A stretch of DNA of 64,000 nt from Octopus vulgaris. Taxonomy: Eukaryota. Positions within the stretch are counted from its first letter, which is position 1. Every line of letters starts with the position of its first letter. The stretch lies in NCBI GenBank assembly GCA_951406725.2, contig OX597821.1:11284001-11348000 (forward strand), in the 5' to 3' direction. The notes beneath the pieces were generated by a model. The model searched no databases. It worked only from the letters and a program-made list of their open reading frames with translations, and had not been told where the DNA came from. Below are positions 26,823-40,454 of this stretch, piece after piece. The translations under genes were made by a program, and so were the position numbers.

Positions 26823-27640
26823 AATATATATAGTTATATATGTGTGTGTGCGTGCATGTGTGTGTATGTGCGTATGTAAATATATTTGAGTGTATGTGTG
26901 TCTTTATATATATAAATGTGTAACTATATCCTTATAGCCCCGATACACACACACACACGCACACCTACGTACACGCATATAGTGCGTTTATTGCAAACAA
27001 GCGCAGGGGGAGAGAGGGAGATTGAGAGAGAGAGAGGGCAGATTTAATCGGCAATCTAGTTTTTTTTATATATTTATTTGTTTGTCTATTTCCTTCCCTT
27101 ATACATCCTTTCATCTCTCTCTCTCTGTTTCCCTCTCGGTCTCTCTCTTTCTCTTGCTCTCTCTCCCACCTTCTCTCTCTTTCACACATACATACACACA
27201 AGAGCGTCTCCATTTTATTTTATTAGATTTTCCTATTTTTCTTTTATGTTTTAAATATTTCTTAGTTTATTGATCCGATTTTATAAATAAGAAAACATAG
27301 AGAACCAAAAAAAAAAGGTCTCAAAGGAATAAACATCGACAACATAGGCGACGAAACATTAGACCTAGATGTAGCTGTGTGGTTAGCAAGCATATCCTAC
27401 CATAGCCTCACATCGACCAATATCTTTGTAATTTTTATCGCGAATCAGAGAAAAAACGAAAAGCGTGGATTAGACTGAAAGTGATTTTAAACCATCGTCT
27501 CAGAAAGAGGTGCTACAGAACGGAACCCCGAATAATACCACCTTCTACTTTGCTTACTATTTCTTATACAGAGACCACTCTGTTTGAGCCATTGGAAACA
27601 CTTATCTAGTCTAAGTTGTTCTAAGCATTCCGCGTTGTAC

Positions 27641-27765
27641 TAAGTATTTTCTTAAAAACGATTTCAGACCTCAAGAAATTCCATGGGTTTTCGTCTAGAT
27701 TTTTCCCACTAAACTCGGATACTGCAAAAAAGTGTTCAGGAGTGTTCTTCTCTCCTGACGAAACC
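27641..27765 (-). CDS. Candidate upstream exon (phase 2-1)
   Basis: catctcttttaacag| VSSGEKNTPEHFFAVSEFSGKNLDENPWNFLRSEIVFKKIL a|gtacaa. An overlapping alternative open frame exists. Confidence 0.35.
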
Positions 27766-27948
27766 CTGTTAAAAGAGATGAATTTTTACAATACTCCATA
27801 CTTATTTGTTGTGATAGTGAAACCATTGGTAGGGTCACAATGTAAATACGCGTATCTTGACTCGACTTTGAGTACCTACCGACATACTAATAAAGAAGAA
27901 TGAAGACAAACGCATACACGCACACATATATTTTACTAATGTATACTG

Positions 27949-27983
<35 letters not shown>

Positions 27984-28051
27984 ATACACATACACACACA
28001 CATATATATGTATGCATATGTACAAGTACATGTATAATTTATATCCGTGCG

Positions 28052-28082
<31 letters not shown>

Positions 28083-28726
28083 TTCTTTCCTTCTTTACTG
28101 AGCGTCCAATAATACTATATTTGTTCCACGTACTCGCGTTGTTGTGTTTTTTGTGCTTTCTTGTTTGGATTAACTAACTATATATATATATACGTGTATA
28201 CGAATATATATGTGTGTGTTTGTGTGTGTAAGTGTTTATGGATGTATTTCTTACTTAATTATAGCATTCTTCCTGTAAGCTAGAGGCTGATTTCTCACAA
28301 AGAAAAAAAGTTCCGTTGCTAGACTCTGGATGACAAATTGGCAAGTAATATATGTTGAAGGTTAGAAAAACCTATATTTTCACAGCTTCACTTACAGATT
28401 GTAGGTTACAAATTGTGGCTTAACTGTTCTCTTTCATTTCCAAAAGACTCTAGTGTTTGCTATTGCCGCTCAGAAAATTACTAACATAATTAAATTGTTC
28501 AAGTATTATTTACTGGGTATGAATTTAATTATAATGCCTCCAGGCAAGTTGTAAATTTGTAATCTGTCATCTGTAAATTTTTGCCGTTTTGATTTGGGAG
28601 ACATGATCTTATCGGTATAACAGATGACCTCTTTCAAAATGCAAAATATTAGCATTTCTATCTGCCAAATACTATGAAAGGATTGTCATACTGGCACTAG
28701 TCAGATGCTTTTCTGGTGAAAATATA

Positions 28727-28943
28727 CGAGAAGGTGCTGAAAAGATCATGGCTTTAAGGGTGTCGCTAAAGGCCTGGCTGGTGGCTCAACATATCGGGTT
28801 TTTTTACAGGGCTTCGAAAAACTGAAGGACCGCTGCAATAAGTGTGAGAATTTCAGAGGGGAATATGTTGGATAAAATCATAATTAATAGATCCTCTTGC
28901 ATCTTCTTTTACCCAAAACAAGGAAATTTTCAGCACCACCTCG
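28727..28943 (+). mobile_element. Mariner-derived MITE
   Basis: TIRs cgagaaggtgctgaaaa / ttttcagcaccacctcg, TA on the left. Interior retains degenerate transposase C-terminus (KLKDRCNKC..GEYV). Confidence 0.8.
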
Positions 28944-28956
28944 AATATTTATGTAT

Positions 28957-29340
28957 AGGCATAGAAATGGGTGTGTGGTAAGTAGGTTGCTTACGAACCA
29001 CATGGCTCCGGGTTCAGTCCCACCTTGGGCAACTGTCTTCTACTATAGCCTCGGGCCGACCAAATTCTTGTGAGTGAATTTGGTATACGGAAACTGAAAG
29101 AAACCCGTCGTATATATGTATGTGTGTGTGTGTATGTGTCTGTGTTTGTCTCCCCAACATCACTTGATAAACGATGGTGGTGTGTTTACGACCCTGTAAC
29201 TTAGCGGTTCGGCAAAAGAGACCGATAGAATAAGTACTAGGCTTACAAAGAATAAGTCCTGGGGTCGATTTGCTCGACAAAAGGCGGTGCTCCAGCATGG
29301 CTACCGTCAAATGACTGAAACAAGTAAAAGTGTAAAAGAG
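28957..29340 (+). mobile_element. SINE family 1, near full length
   Basis: tRNA-like head with ggttcagtccc, ccttgggcaa core, and tail gactgaaacaagtaaaag. Confidence 0.9.
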
Positions 29341-29978
29341 TATGCATATATATATATATATATAAGCGGTGCAGGTTGCCAGAAGTTTCGACTCGAGTTA
29401 AATTTAACAAACTACTCCAAATCATTGCAAGAGTAACCGCGAATGTGGAATCAGGACTGATTAGTTTGTATTGGCATCGAGTCCTGTAAGTTGTGATAAT
29501 GAAATCAAGCCAAATGGTAAAATTTGAAATCGCTCAATACATACGCTTCTGTTAGCGTAATACATAACAGAAAATGCCGCTATTATGCCTCTATTACGTA
29601 ACACCTTCAGTTTGATTTCATTATTACAGCTTCTATGCATATATGTGTTTGTGTTTGTAAGCATGGATGTGCAAATATTTGTGAATTGTGCACAATGAAA
29701 GTTAAAATATCTCAATACAGTTAGATGCAAACACTGCTCTTACTTACACAACTAATTTTACGCAATCACACCACGACTGTTAAGTAACATACACCACACA
29801 CGTGCGAGTACACTTACCCATCGACTCATACACTAACAGAAGCACACAAACACACACGTATGACAAACATGTTTCTTAAACGTTTTAACAAAGATTTTGT
29901 TACATAAATGTCGTTGACATTATCTGATAGACGAAGACAACGACCGATGAAAATTACGAAGTCATTGTCAAGGTTTAC

Positions 29979-30042
29979 CTTCTTAGAATAAATAAGCTCG
30001 ACTTCAATATATTGAGTGGCACTTCACATAATATTTTGTCTT
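29979..30042 (-). CDS. Candidate upstream exon (phase 1-2)
   Basis: ttcgtaag| DKILCEVPLNILKSSLFILR ag|gtaaac; phase matches 27641-27765. Confidence 0.3.
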
Positions 30043-30137
30043 CTTACGAAACTTTGCATACGCACCCACATAAACACATGCACATACACGCACACGCACA
30101 CACACATACACACATACCGACACATACACATACGTAC

Positions 30138-30213
<76 letters not shown>

Positions 30214-30456
30214 TCCGCCTGTGTGATTAAACTTCAAGTATTTTGGGTTCTCTGGAAGACTCTTTTTAAAGTAGAAGAAATGGCTAAGATTTTGGCTGCT
30301 ATTTCTGAACTTCGGTATGCGGTGAGGCAATTCTTTTGCTGAACCCTTTTTATTAGTATTACTAAAATTTACCGTGTTAGCGGTCCTGTTTTCATACCGA
30401 ATTTTACTTGGTGAAATTTATTGATTACTTCTTAATTAATTAATTTTACCCTTTGT

Positions 30457-30494
<38 letters not shown>

Positions 30495-30544
30495 CGTTTA
30501 ATCATATCAAAGGGAAATGGAATTTAATTAAATTTAAAATATGC

Positions 30545-30611
<67 letters not shown>

Positions 30612-30692
30612 ATATGCATATATGCATATGTACTTACACAGGCATACATATTTATATATGTGAAATAATTGAGATTCAGTTGGATTAGGTAC

Positions 30693-33058
30693 TTAAGATG
30701 AAGCACAAAGTTAATGCGGCATTATCCCTACAGCTCAAAGTAAAATGAATAAAATCAAAATAAGCAACACCATATCAAGAAATAATGCAGTACGACCGTT
30801 TCGAGCGTCTCCATTTAATTGAACAATGCAATCATTACATCAATTTAAATTCAGGGCTATCCTCACCTGCACAAATGAATAAACAGAATTTTAATCAGTC
30901 GAAAACATTAATATAATTTTACTCAAATACTCTAATAGAGCAAGAAGATAGAAAAAATCCATGTTCATACAAGAAATGTATGAAGTTTATTGGGTCATAG
31001 CTTGTAAAGGATTGTGGTTCCTTTTTAATTTATTAGTCTTTTTATCAACTACTAAATCTTAGGCTACAGGAATGTGTCTGTTCAGAATGGACGGCAGGAG
31101 TGCATCGACAGCTCATAGGTATGGTTATAAATATTGTCGAGATTTTAGGAGCAGTATAAAGTAACTGTCTATAAAGGAGGCTGGGTAAGTGAAGAACCCG
31201 AATCAAGATGTTAATGACCAGTTAAAGGGGCAAGACGTCAATAAAGCATTATGATGTTAATACAGAGGAAATTTTATCACGGGATACTATGGACAATTGT
31301 TTATAAACAATATTGTTATGTTGTATAAATATAAACTTTTAGATTATCAAAAATGATATCATAACCAAAATAGATAAAATGTGCATATATACCAATTTTC
31401 ATCATTAAAAACGGAAGATTACATAGAATCAATTAAATATATTCATTCGTGTACTTGATTATTTACTTATTAGGTGGTTTCTATAAAGACTGCTCTGGGT
31501 AATTACATATGGAATACTGTAAAGATAAACATGTTATCTATTTATTAATTATAAGCTAAAAATCAGAAAAAAATAAATGTTTTTTACATAAACACACTCA
31601 TAATTATCTATGTGCACGCATGCAAACATACACAAATATTTATACGTTATTATGGGTATATTATAATCAACTCGCATAGACTTAAGTAACTAGAAAGTAT
31701 ATATCTATATTTAAGAAGAGTAACAACTTATAAGGGATAAGAGATTGATAGGTAAGGATATCAAAATAAGAAAACAAAATAATAAGAATTTATAGAGAAT
31801 AGTAAGAAATATATATAACTTACATTTAAAGAGACGGGCTGTTAAAATTTGTGGTAGGGAAGAGATAAAGATAACCCGAAATAGGAAGCAATAGGTATGG
31901 GAGTAGTGAGGGTAGTTGGAGGTATTCAGACCGAAGAGGTATTTTATAGTTGCAAAGTTATCGGTCCTATTACATACATGATTTTATAGTTTCTCGGGAG
32001 TATATAATTAGGAGACTTACATAGAAGTCATTACAAAAATACATAATATGAGCAGTAGGGTAGAACATCATAGAAAGGAACAAATAGTTTAATCACTAAA
32101 AACATGATGAAGTCAGACAAACTAGGCAGGATTATTCATGGGATAGTAATTACATGTAGCACATCACATATCACACCATATGCAACGCAATTTAATTCAC
32201 CATATAACTCAATATCCTATGATTTTATTATATATAATAACAGAGAGTAAGTTCGCATCAGATACGAAGCTTAAAATTAATTTCCACCATCTAAGTTCAA
32301 GTATAGCACCTATAAACGCTAATTTCGAAAATACATTTAAACGTACGGGTGACCCTGTGTTCGCATGATACCCTTAGATATAATCTATTACTAATCAGGT
32401 TACTCTTGTCCCTATACTTAAAAATATCATAAGTTTCCATAGAGCACAGCTCACGCCCGTATCGACTATCTCTATAAGGCTGCGCTTTCCTTATTATGTC
32501 CAATTTAAGGCTAAATTCGATTCCGCTTTTCTTCAGTTTCCAAATCTTGCTAGATAAGGACGTACAATTGGCTTTATGTTTGAGGTTAAATTATGTAAAC
32601 TGGCTATTGATACGTTATTCCATATTTATCGAACATCCAATATATATATATATAAGGTTACCTGCCACAGTTGTGATTGTGCATTTATAAATTACGTTTT
32701 GGATTAGACATGGGCCTAATAACGGACACTGGGATTTAACTCTACAATTGCAACCAGGAGTATTACTACTATTAATACTATTGATACATATATCATCATT
32801 ATTATTATTAATATCACTATTATTATTATTAATCCTACTAATACTATCGAATGTGTTATTTTCATACCTGTTATTATCTATCCTTCCTTCAACTGTAGTA
32901 CCATTCAAATTCATCTCAGCATCAACAGGCTTGTCAGTAATCTCTGTGCTAGTATAGACCTCGGAGTTGCAGTTTATAATGTATATATTAGATGCTGCTT
33001 CTATTTCCCACCTCATCATTATTATTCTCATTGTAGGGGCTTAAGTTAGTGTTGACAC

Positions 33059-33119
<61 letters not shown>

Positions 33120-34530
33120 ATTATTATTATTATTATTATTATTACCACCACTTCTTGCTAATTTCATATTCTTTCTATTTAGCCTTGCTATGATGGTACC
33201 CATATTGTGGAGGATATAATACGAGATTCTAACTGTCTTACGGGAAAAAATTCTATTATATATATGGGACGCAGGGAAGGTTTTTCTAAAATTGTCATAA
33301 ATTTTCTATATATGTTTCTGGTTATGGCACAGTTGGAGGGAACATTATACGAGATCAAGTCTTTATTTTCAGACTTCAGGCGTATGTAAGGGCAGAATCT
33401 ACCTACTCTTTCAAGGCCTCCCAAAATTGTGACTTGATTATTAGGTATGGCTCTATTACCAGTATAGGTAGAGGAGAGATCCTCAGATGCAAGTTTTTTC
33501 TAAGTGGGTGTTCCTTGAATTTTACATTGGCTATTAGTTCAAATAAGTATTTTTCAAAATTATCCAGTAGTGGGCTAGGTGAAGGATTTTTTCTACTTTT
33601 GAATATCTTATAATTCTTATCATATGTTTCTAGGTTTCTTTTCTTCTTCTTAGCCTCATGATGATAAGCGATCCACCTCATCCTCCAAACAAACTCATTT
33701 GTCCTATGGATTAGCAGCCACATATAGGTATCCTTATTATGAAGGGGATGTCCTTCTGAGAAAATTCCATATTTACTCTGTCCATCCTGATGAAGCTAAG
33801 TACCAGAAACGTTGTAATGGTTTGGTTGACGAGTTAAGAAATTATTGAAATTCAGTCGAATCAGGTTCTTAAGTTGAAGCACCAAGTCAGTGCGGCATTA
33901 TCCGTACAGCGCAAAGTAAGGTGAATAAAATCAAAATGAGCAACAGCATATCAAGTAATAATGCAGTACGACCGTTTCGAGCGTCTCCATTTAATTGAAT
34001 AATGCAATCATTACAGAATTTAAATTCAAGGCTATCCTCAGCTGCACAAATAGATAAATAGAATTTTAATCAGTCGGACACATTAATATAATTTTATTCA
34101 AATACTCTTATAGAGCAAGAAGATAAAAAATCCATGTTGTCACTATTGTAGCTAAGAATATACTACACTTCCAAGAAATGTATGAAGTTTGGTGGGTTCA
34201 TAGCTTGTAAAGGACTGTGGTTCATTTTTAATATATTAGTCTTTTCACTAACTACGAAATCTAACACGAGAGAATTGCGTCTGTTTAGAATGGAGGGCAA
34301 CAGTACTACAATAGCGAGAACATGGATTTTTCTATCTTCTTGCACTATTAGAGAATTTGTGTAAAATTATATAATTGTGTCCGATTGATTAAAATTCTAT
34401 TTATTTATTTGTGCAGTTGAGGATAGCTCTGCATTTAAATTGATGTAATGATTGCATTGTTCAATTAAATGGAGCCGCTTGAAACGGTCGTACAGCATCA
34501 CGTCTTGATATCCTGTTGTTTATTTTGATT
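30693..34530 (-). mobile_element. Penelope-like retroelement with RT core deleted; direct pLTRs plus an inverted partial pLTR
   Basis: N-terminus MDRVNMEFSQKDIP..FVWRMRWIAY..FEKYLFELIANVKF. GIY-YIG region CNCRVKSQCPLLGPCLIQNVIYKC..YIG. Direct repeats at ~30693-31100 and ~33867-34300, inverted copy at ~34315-34530. Confidence 0.85.
33962..34046 (-). ncRNA. Type I hammerhead ribozyme motif in pLTR (long loop II)
   Basis: UGCAG CUGAGGA uAGC...GCUc GAAAC ggUc GUA CUGCA. Decayed copies at 30786-30871 (-) and 34412-34497 (+). Confidence 0.65.
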
Positions 34531-34950
34531 TGTATTTATATAGGTGTGTACACACATATATACACACAGAGACACGATGGCAAACAGACGAACAGGCTTT
34601 ATATAACAGCTTAGTCAGACGGAATAAATTTAATCTAATTTTTTATATATATATATAGTCAAACTTCAAAGCCAATGCCTGCCTAAGGTTTATATTTTTT
34701 CTTCCGTTAACCTTTTCGTTCCAAGAACATTTGGCAAGAAAACTTTTCTTGGAACCTGAAATTTTACCTTTCCTTTTTGACAAAAATTATAAAAAGAAAC
34801 CGTTCTTTTGAAAATGTTTTACTTTGCAACAGTTCCTCTTTCAACCCTTTATCTTAATTCATTCATATCAGTTTTATACACTAGATTTCCTATTGCTAGT
34901 GTGGGCGACAGATTGTGTATATGTATGCTGATCAATAGTAATATGTTGAC

Positions 34951-35012
<62 letters not shown>

Positions 35013-35162
35013 CATTACACCATTTGTAATTAGACATATATATATTAAGATCTACGTGTATATATATAGGTGTCTGTGTTATATAATATATATATATATA
35101 TATTTTATATATATATATACATTATGCCATTTGCAATAAGACATATATAGTAAGACATGCGT

Positions 35163-35209
<47 letters not shown>

Positions 35210-35688
35210 ATATGCAAATTTATATACACGTGCAAATATATATGTATATATATGTGTATAAATGTATATATGTATGTATGTGTGTACGTTAATATATTTG
35301 TGTGCATATGCACACTTAAACATTTGCATATATAGAACCTATATATGTAGTCCACGCGTTCCATATCAGGGTTTCCCACCGAAGCTGCTGAAATATTTAT
35401 TACGGCTTCATTTTTGAAGAAGGCCAGGGACTGGGTGAGTATTGCTGAATCTCTTATTTGAATCGGAATTCCAAACAAACATTTGAGTGTGAGAAGATGT
35501 GTGTTTGTATAATATATATTTGAACGTGCATTCACGCCCATACACTCCATACAAGCTTACACACATATATCCTGATCTATCTCTCTATGCATCTATCTGT
35601 GTGCGTGTGTATGTATACAGAAAACAAACAATATTATGTAACCATCAATCTTGGCACGGAAGTACCGGAGAATGATATTCCTGAAATG

Positions 35689-35885
35689 CAGTGGTTCCTA
35701 ACCTGGTGTTCGTGGAACCCTAGTGGTCCGCAAAAGTAGTGCTGGGTGTCTGTAAACTAAATTCAAAATTTCATATATCTACATATATACATATACATAA
35801 GTGTAAGCATATTAAAAGGGATCCGTGAGAAAACTTATTTAAATAAAAGAGTTGGGAAACATTGTGGAAAGTTTGGGAACTACTA
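35689..35885. mobile_element. hAT (Charlie-like) MITE remnant
   Basis: cagtggttcctaacc ... gttgggaaacattg termini; no TSD recognised. Confidence 0.5.
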
Positions 35886-36396
35886 CAGTGGTGCATGCAG
35901 CCAATTTCACCCAGCTGAGTATATAATCCACTCTTGAGTTATTCGGACAGGTACCTTTTATTAAATATACTGTCCATAATTGTTACTGATTTATATACAT
36001 ACATATATAACAGCACATCACATCACACCAACTGGCGCAGACTAGCACTGGCCACTTCCCAGCTACCACACCATTATCCAAACACCTACACACGTCAAGG
36101 TCACCAGCCCTCTTCCACACGCACATACAAGTACACTTATACACACGCACGCACACCTTTGTTTTGGGATCACCACTATTTTATTATCTCCCCTTCTGCC
36201 TAGCTCTCCTGTGGGATTCCTCTGTCCGGCATTCGCCATGATAGATCGCTAGCCACTACAAATTCTTTATTTTCTCTCCCTGTTTTTTCTGTGTTCCTTT
36301 CTGTGGAAGAGCGTAGGCTCGAAAGCGCTAAACTAATAGATCTGTTTGTTGTCTACACCACCTGTCTTCGTCTTTTGTTTTTTTTGTGAATTCTTC

Positions 36397-36463
<67 letters not shown>

Positions 36464-36526
36464 CATACATACATACATACATACATACATACATACATGT
36501 GTGTGTGTGGTATGTATGCATGCATG

Positions 36527-36575
<49 letters not shown>

Positions 36576-36583
36576 TACACATA

Positions 36584-36764
36584 TTTCAGTTATTAGACTG
36601 CGGCCATGCTGCAGCACCACCTTGAACTTTTAGCCGAATGAATCGACCCCAGTACTTATATTTTAAACTTGGTACTTATTCTATAGGCCTCTTTAACCGA
36701 ACCGCTAGGGTACGGGGACGTAAAAATACCAATACCAGTTGTCAAGTGGTAATGAGGGCCAATG

Positions 36765-36803
<39 letters not shown>

Positions 36804-36875
36804 CGGTGGGCTTTTTTCAGTTTCCGTCTACCAAATTCACTCACAATGCTTAGATCGGCCTGAGACTATAGTAGT
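36584..36875 (-). mobile_element. SINE family 1, diverged
   Basis: gactgcggccatgctgcagcacc...ttccgtctaccaaattcactcac. Confidence 0.8.
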
Positions 36876-36999
36876 ATATGCTTTTTTTTTTGTTAAACTT
36901 GCAAAATTATTGCTGAACTGTTATTCAGAGTTTTACGTTCCGTTCGTCGGACAGTTGTGATAACTATTGAATTAAGTTCATAATTGTACATATACTACG

Positions 37000-37342
37000 A
37001 CAGTTACGACGACGTGGGTTTCAGTTGATCCGAGCAACTGAACAGCCTGCTCGTGAAATTAACGTGCAAGTGGCTGAGCACTCCACAAACACGTGTACCC
37101 TTAACGTAGTTCTTGGGGAGATTGAGAGTGACAAAAGTCTGGCTCGTTGAAATACATGTACAGCAAAAACAGAAAGAAATAATGAAAGAGTACAGGGTTC
37201 ACCTCCAACACCTGCTGGAACCTTGTGGTGTTTTTAAGTGAGTCCGCTCAATAAACACTCACAACTCCCTGTCTGGGAATCGAAACCGCGATGCTACAAC
37301 CACAAGTCCACTGCCCTAACCACTGGGCCTTTCCGCTTCCAC
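37000..37342 (-). mobile_element. SINE family 3, diverged
   Basis: Reverse complement of the 9180-9557 type. Confidence 0.85.
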
Positions 37343-37678
37343 TCTCCATGTAATGTAATGCCATGTGATATAATTCAAATCAATGAATAATCATTTAAAT
37401 TTGATTGGATAGCAGGTTTTCAAGACATAACGTTATAATTTTCGGTACTGGGTGTGTGATATGGAGATGTGAAAATTATCGCTAAAGTATAAATATAAAA
37501 ATAAAAGTAAGAAGAATAGAAATAAAAATTGCGACACGATCAAAAAATAAACTTGCGTATTGAGGGTGGAAATGCCCCAAAACAGATAATGAATAATTAA
37601 TAATGAGAGTGAAAAAATGTGAGAGCGAATCCGGTGTTACAGATTAAAAATAAATGGGAAACTATTTTAGTATGTGTG

Positions 37679-37714
<36 letters not shown>

Positions 37715-37990
37715 TTACATCATTTACAAGAAGAAAAGACAAGAAAATGATAAGAAAGTTAACAATTGTTCCTTACTAACAATAGGTATTGAACTAGTAT
37801 TGCCTTAGATGCAACCATCCCTTATGAGATGAAGGAATATGAGGAAATAAACACACAGAACTAAAAAAATTGTGGATTTAGCGATCAATCATGGCGACTG
37901 GTTGGGAGAAAATAGTTTGACAGGAGAACTAGGAAGAACTGGAGATAATAAAGTTTTGGTGATCTCAAAATGAAGGTGCGCGTGCGTGTC

Positions 37991-38039
<49 letters not shown>

Positions 38040-38047
<8 letters not shown>

Positions 38048-38310
38048 ATTCGAGACAAAACCACTATTTTAAAACCAAACAAGAAAAGACTTAATCAATA
38101 CATAAAATTTTAATATAAATTAAATAAACCGCCACAACAATTGTTTCATGTCTGCTACCGACAATCTTCAGGTGGATTTTCGATCTAAAAATATCAATAT
38201 TTTAAAATATAATTTAATATAATTTAAAATAATAAAATAATAAAATTATCAATGAAAATCTGATTTTTCCCTGTAATTTTGGATTCATTCCCTAATATTT
38301 ATTATTATAT
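38040..38310 (-). mobile_element. Penelope-type mini-element with hammerhead motif (38132-38175)
   Basis: Homologous to 40450-40790; CCAC CUGAAGA..GAAAC AAUU GUU GUGG; lies within (TA)n. Confidence 0.65.
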
Positions 38311-38323
38311 ATATATATATATA

Positions 38324-38726
38324 TTTACTCTTTTACTTGTTTCAGTCATTTGACTTCGGCTATGCTGGAGCACTGCCTTTTATTCGAGCAAATCGAGCCT
38401 AGGACTTATTCTTTGTAAGCCTAGTACTTATTCTATCGGTTACTTTGCGGAACTGGTAGGTGACGGGGTCATAAACACACCAGCATCGGTTGTCAAGCAA
38501 TGCTAGGGAGACAAGCACAGACACACAAACACACATACACACACATATATATATGCATATATGCAACGGCCTCTTTCAGTTTCCGTCTACCAAATCCACT
38601 CACAAGTCTTTGGTCGGCCCGAGGGTATAGTAGAAGATATTTGCCCAAGATGCCACGCAGTAGGACTGAACCTGCAACCACGTGGTTGGTAAGCAAGCTA
38701 TTTACCACACAGCCACTCATGCGCCT
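38324..38726 (-). mobile_element. SINE family 1, full length
   Basis: Complete from tail tttactcttttacttgtttcagtc to head cacacagccactcatgcgcct. Confidence 0.9.
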
Positions 38727-38795
38727 ATATGTATGTGTGTAAATATATGTGTGTGTGTGTATGTATACATATATATATACACACACTCACAAACT

Positions 38796-38874
<79 letters not shown>

Positions 38875-39779
38875 TGTGCGATATATATACATACGCATCA
38901 ACATTACACATTACACAGCATCGGAGCTTCTTCCCCCATGTTGCCGGTAAATATTAATGCTATCGTTACGTTGGTATCAACTTTCAAAGTTATTTACCAT
39001 CACACATTGCAGCAAAATCTGTGTTTAATAAAGGCATGTGCTCGTAAACGTATCTTACATGCTGACACACATCCGTACTCATACACGCACAGAGACCTTC
39101 ACACACATGCTCGCACACACGCACACGAAAGCACGTGCACACACACACACACACACACACACATAAATATATGTATGCTTGTGTGTGTATATATACATAT
39201 CAGTTTACAGACGAGACTCAGTAAAATCCCATATAATCATGCATGATGGGTGGAGTTATTTATTTAAAGATGTTGATTTGTGCTTTATGTGCGTTCGTGT
39301 ATGTATATGCATACCTGCAGGTATATTCAAATGTATGCATGTTTGCGTGTTTGTGTATATCTCTAGCTAACTACCAGCTGTAATACCCGTCGTTGATCGG
39401 ATAATTACGTTTACTGTTTCTCGGGAGACACATTCAAAGTATTATCATATATATAATTAACTCCGCCTATATGTAGGTTAATAAGAGAAAAATATGGAAT
39501 AATTGAAGTAGAAAAGAGATCAATTTGTTTATTTATCTGTTTGTGAGCTGTATATGCTATTTTATTTATTTATGCTCGAGATGAAAATGGCATAGTTTTT
39601 TTATTTTTATTTTACTAGGTTCGGTTATGTGATTGCCGCCATGCTGGAGCACTATCTTTAGTCGAAGAGGAATATACTATAACCATGTAAGTGTGCGTAT
39701 CTTCCATTTTTAATTTCTTATATACATTACAATCCACCACGTGGGGACAACCGAAATTCCTCTTTTCTGTTACTTCTAC

Positions 39780-39819
<40 letters not shown>

Positions 39820-39951
39820 GTGTATATTCAGAAGTATATACACGTATATGCAAGTATATATAAATATACAAATATATATATACATATGTATGTATAAATA
39901 TATATGAAGGAATATAAATATACATATACATAAATATATACATGCATATAA

Positions 39952-40025
<74 letters not shown>

Positions 40026-40136
40026 ATATATATACATATATATACATGAATATGCATATATATATATACATGTATATATATACATATATATACATGAATA
40101 TGCATATATATATACATGTATATATATATATACATA

Positions 40137-40417
40137 CTAGCAGTATCGCCCGGCATTGCGGTTTGTTTAGACCCTGTAGAATTGGAATTTTTGAAAAGTA
40201 AAAATTAGGCAGTATGTAGCTTGTTATTCTCTTTAAGTGAAATACACCGAAAAATGGCGATACAGCAGTCAAAACATCGTAAAAAATAGGGATTTTCATA
40301 CAAAATAGGCACCTTTTTGATGTAAATAATTTTTAGTGTTAACATGGTCCGATTTGAATTTGTCCTTCTACGGAAGGAAGAGTTAGCCTTCTTCTATCAT
40401 ACTCTCATATATATATG

Positions 40418-40454
<37 letters not shown>

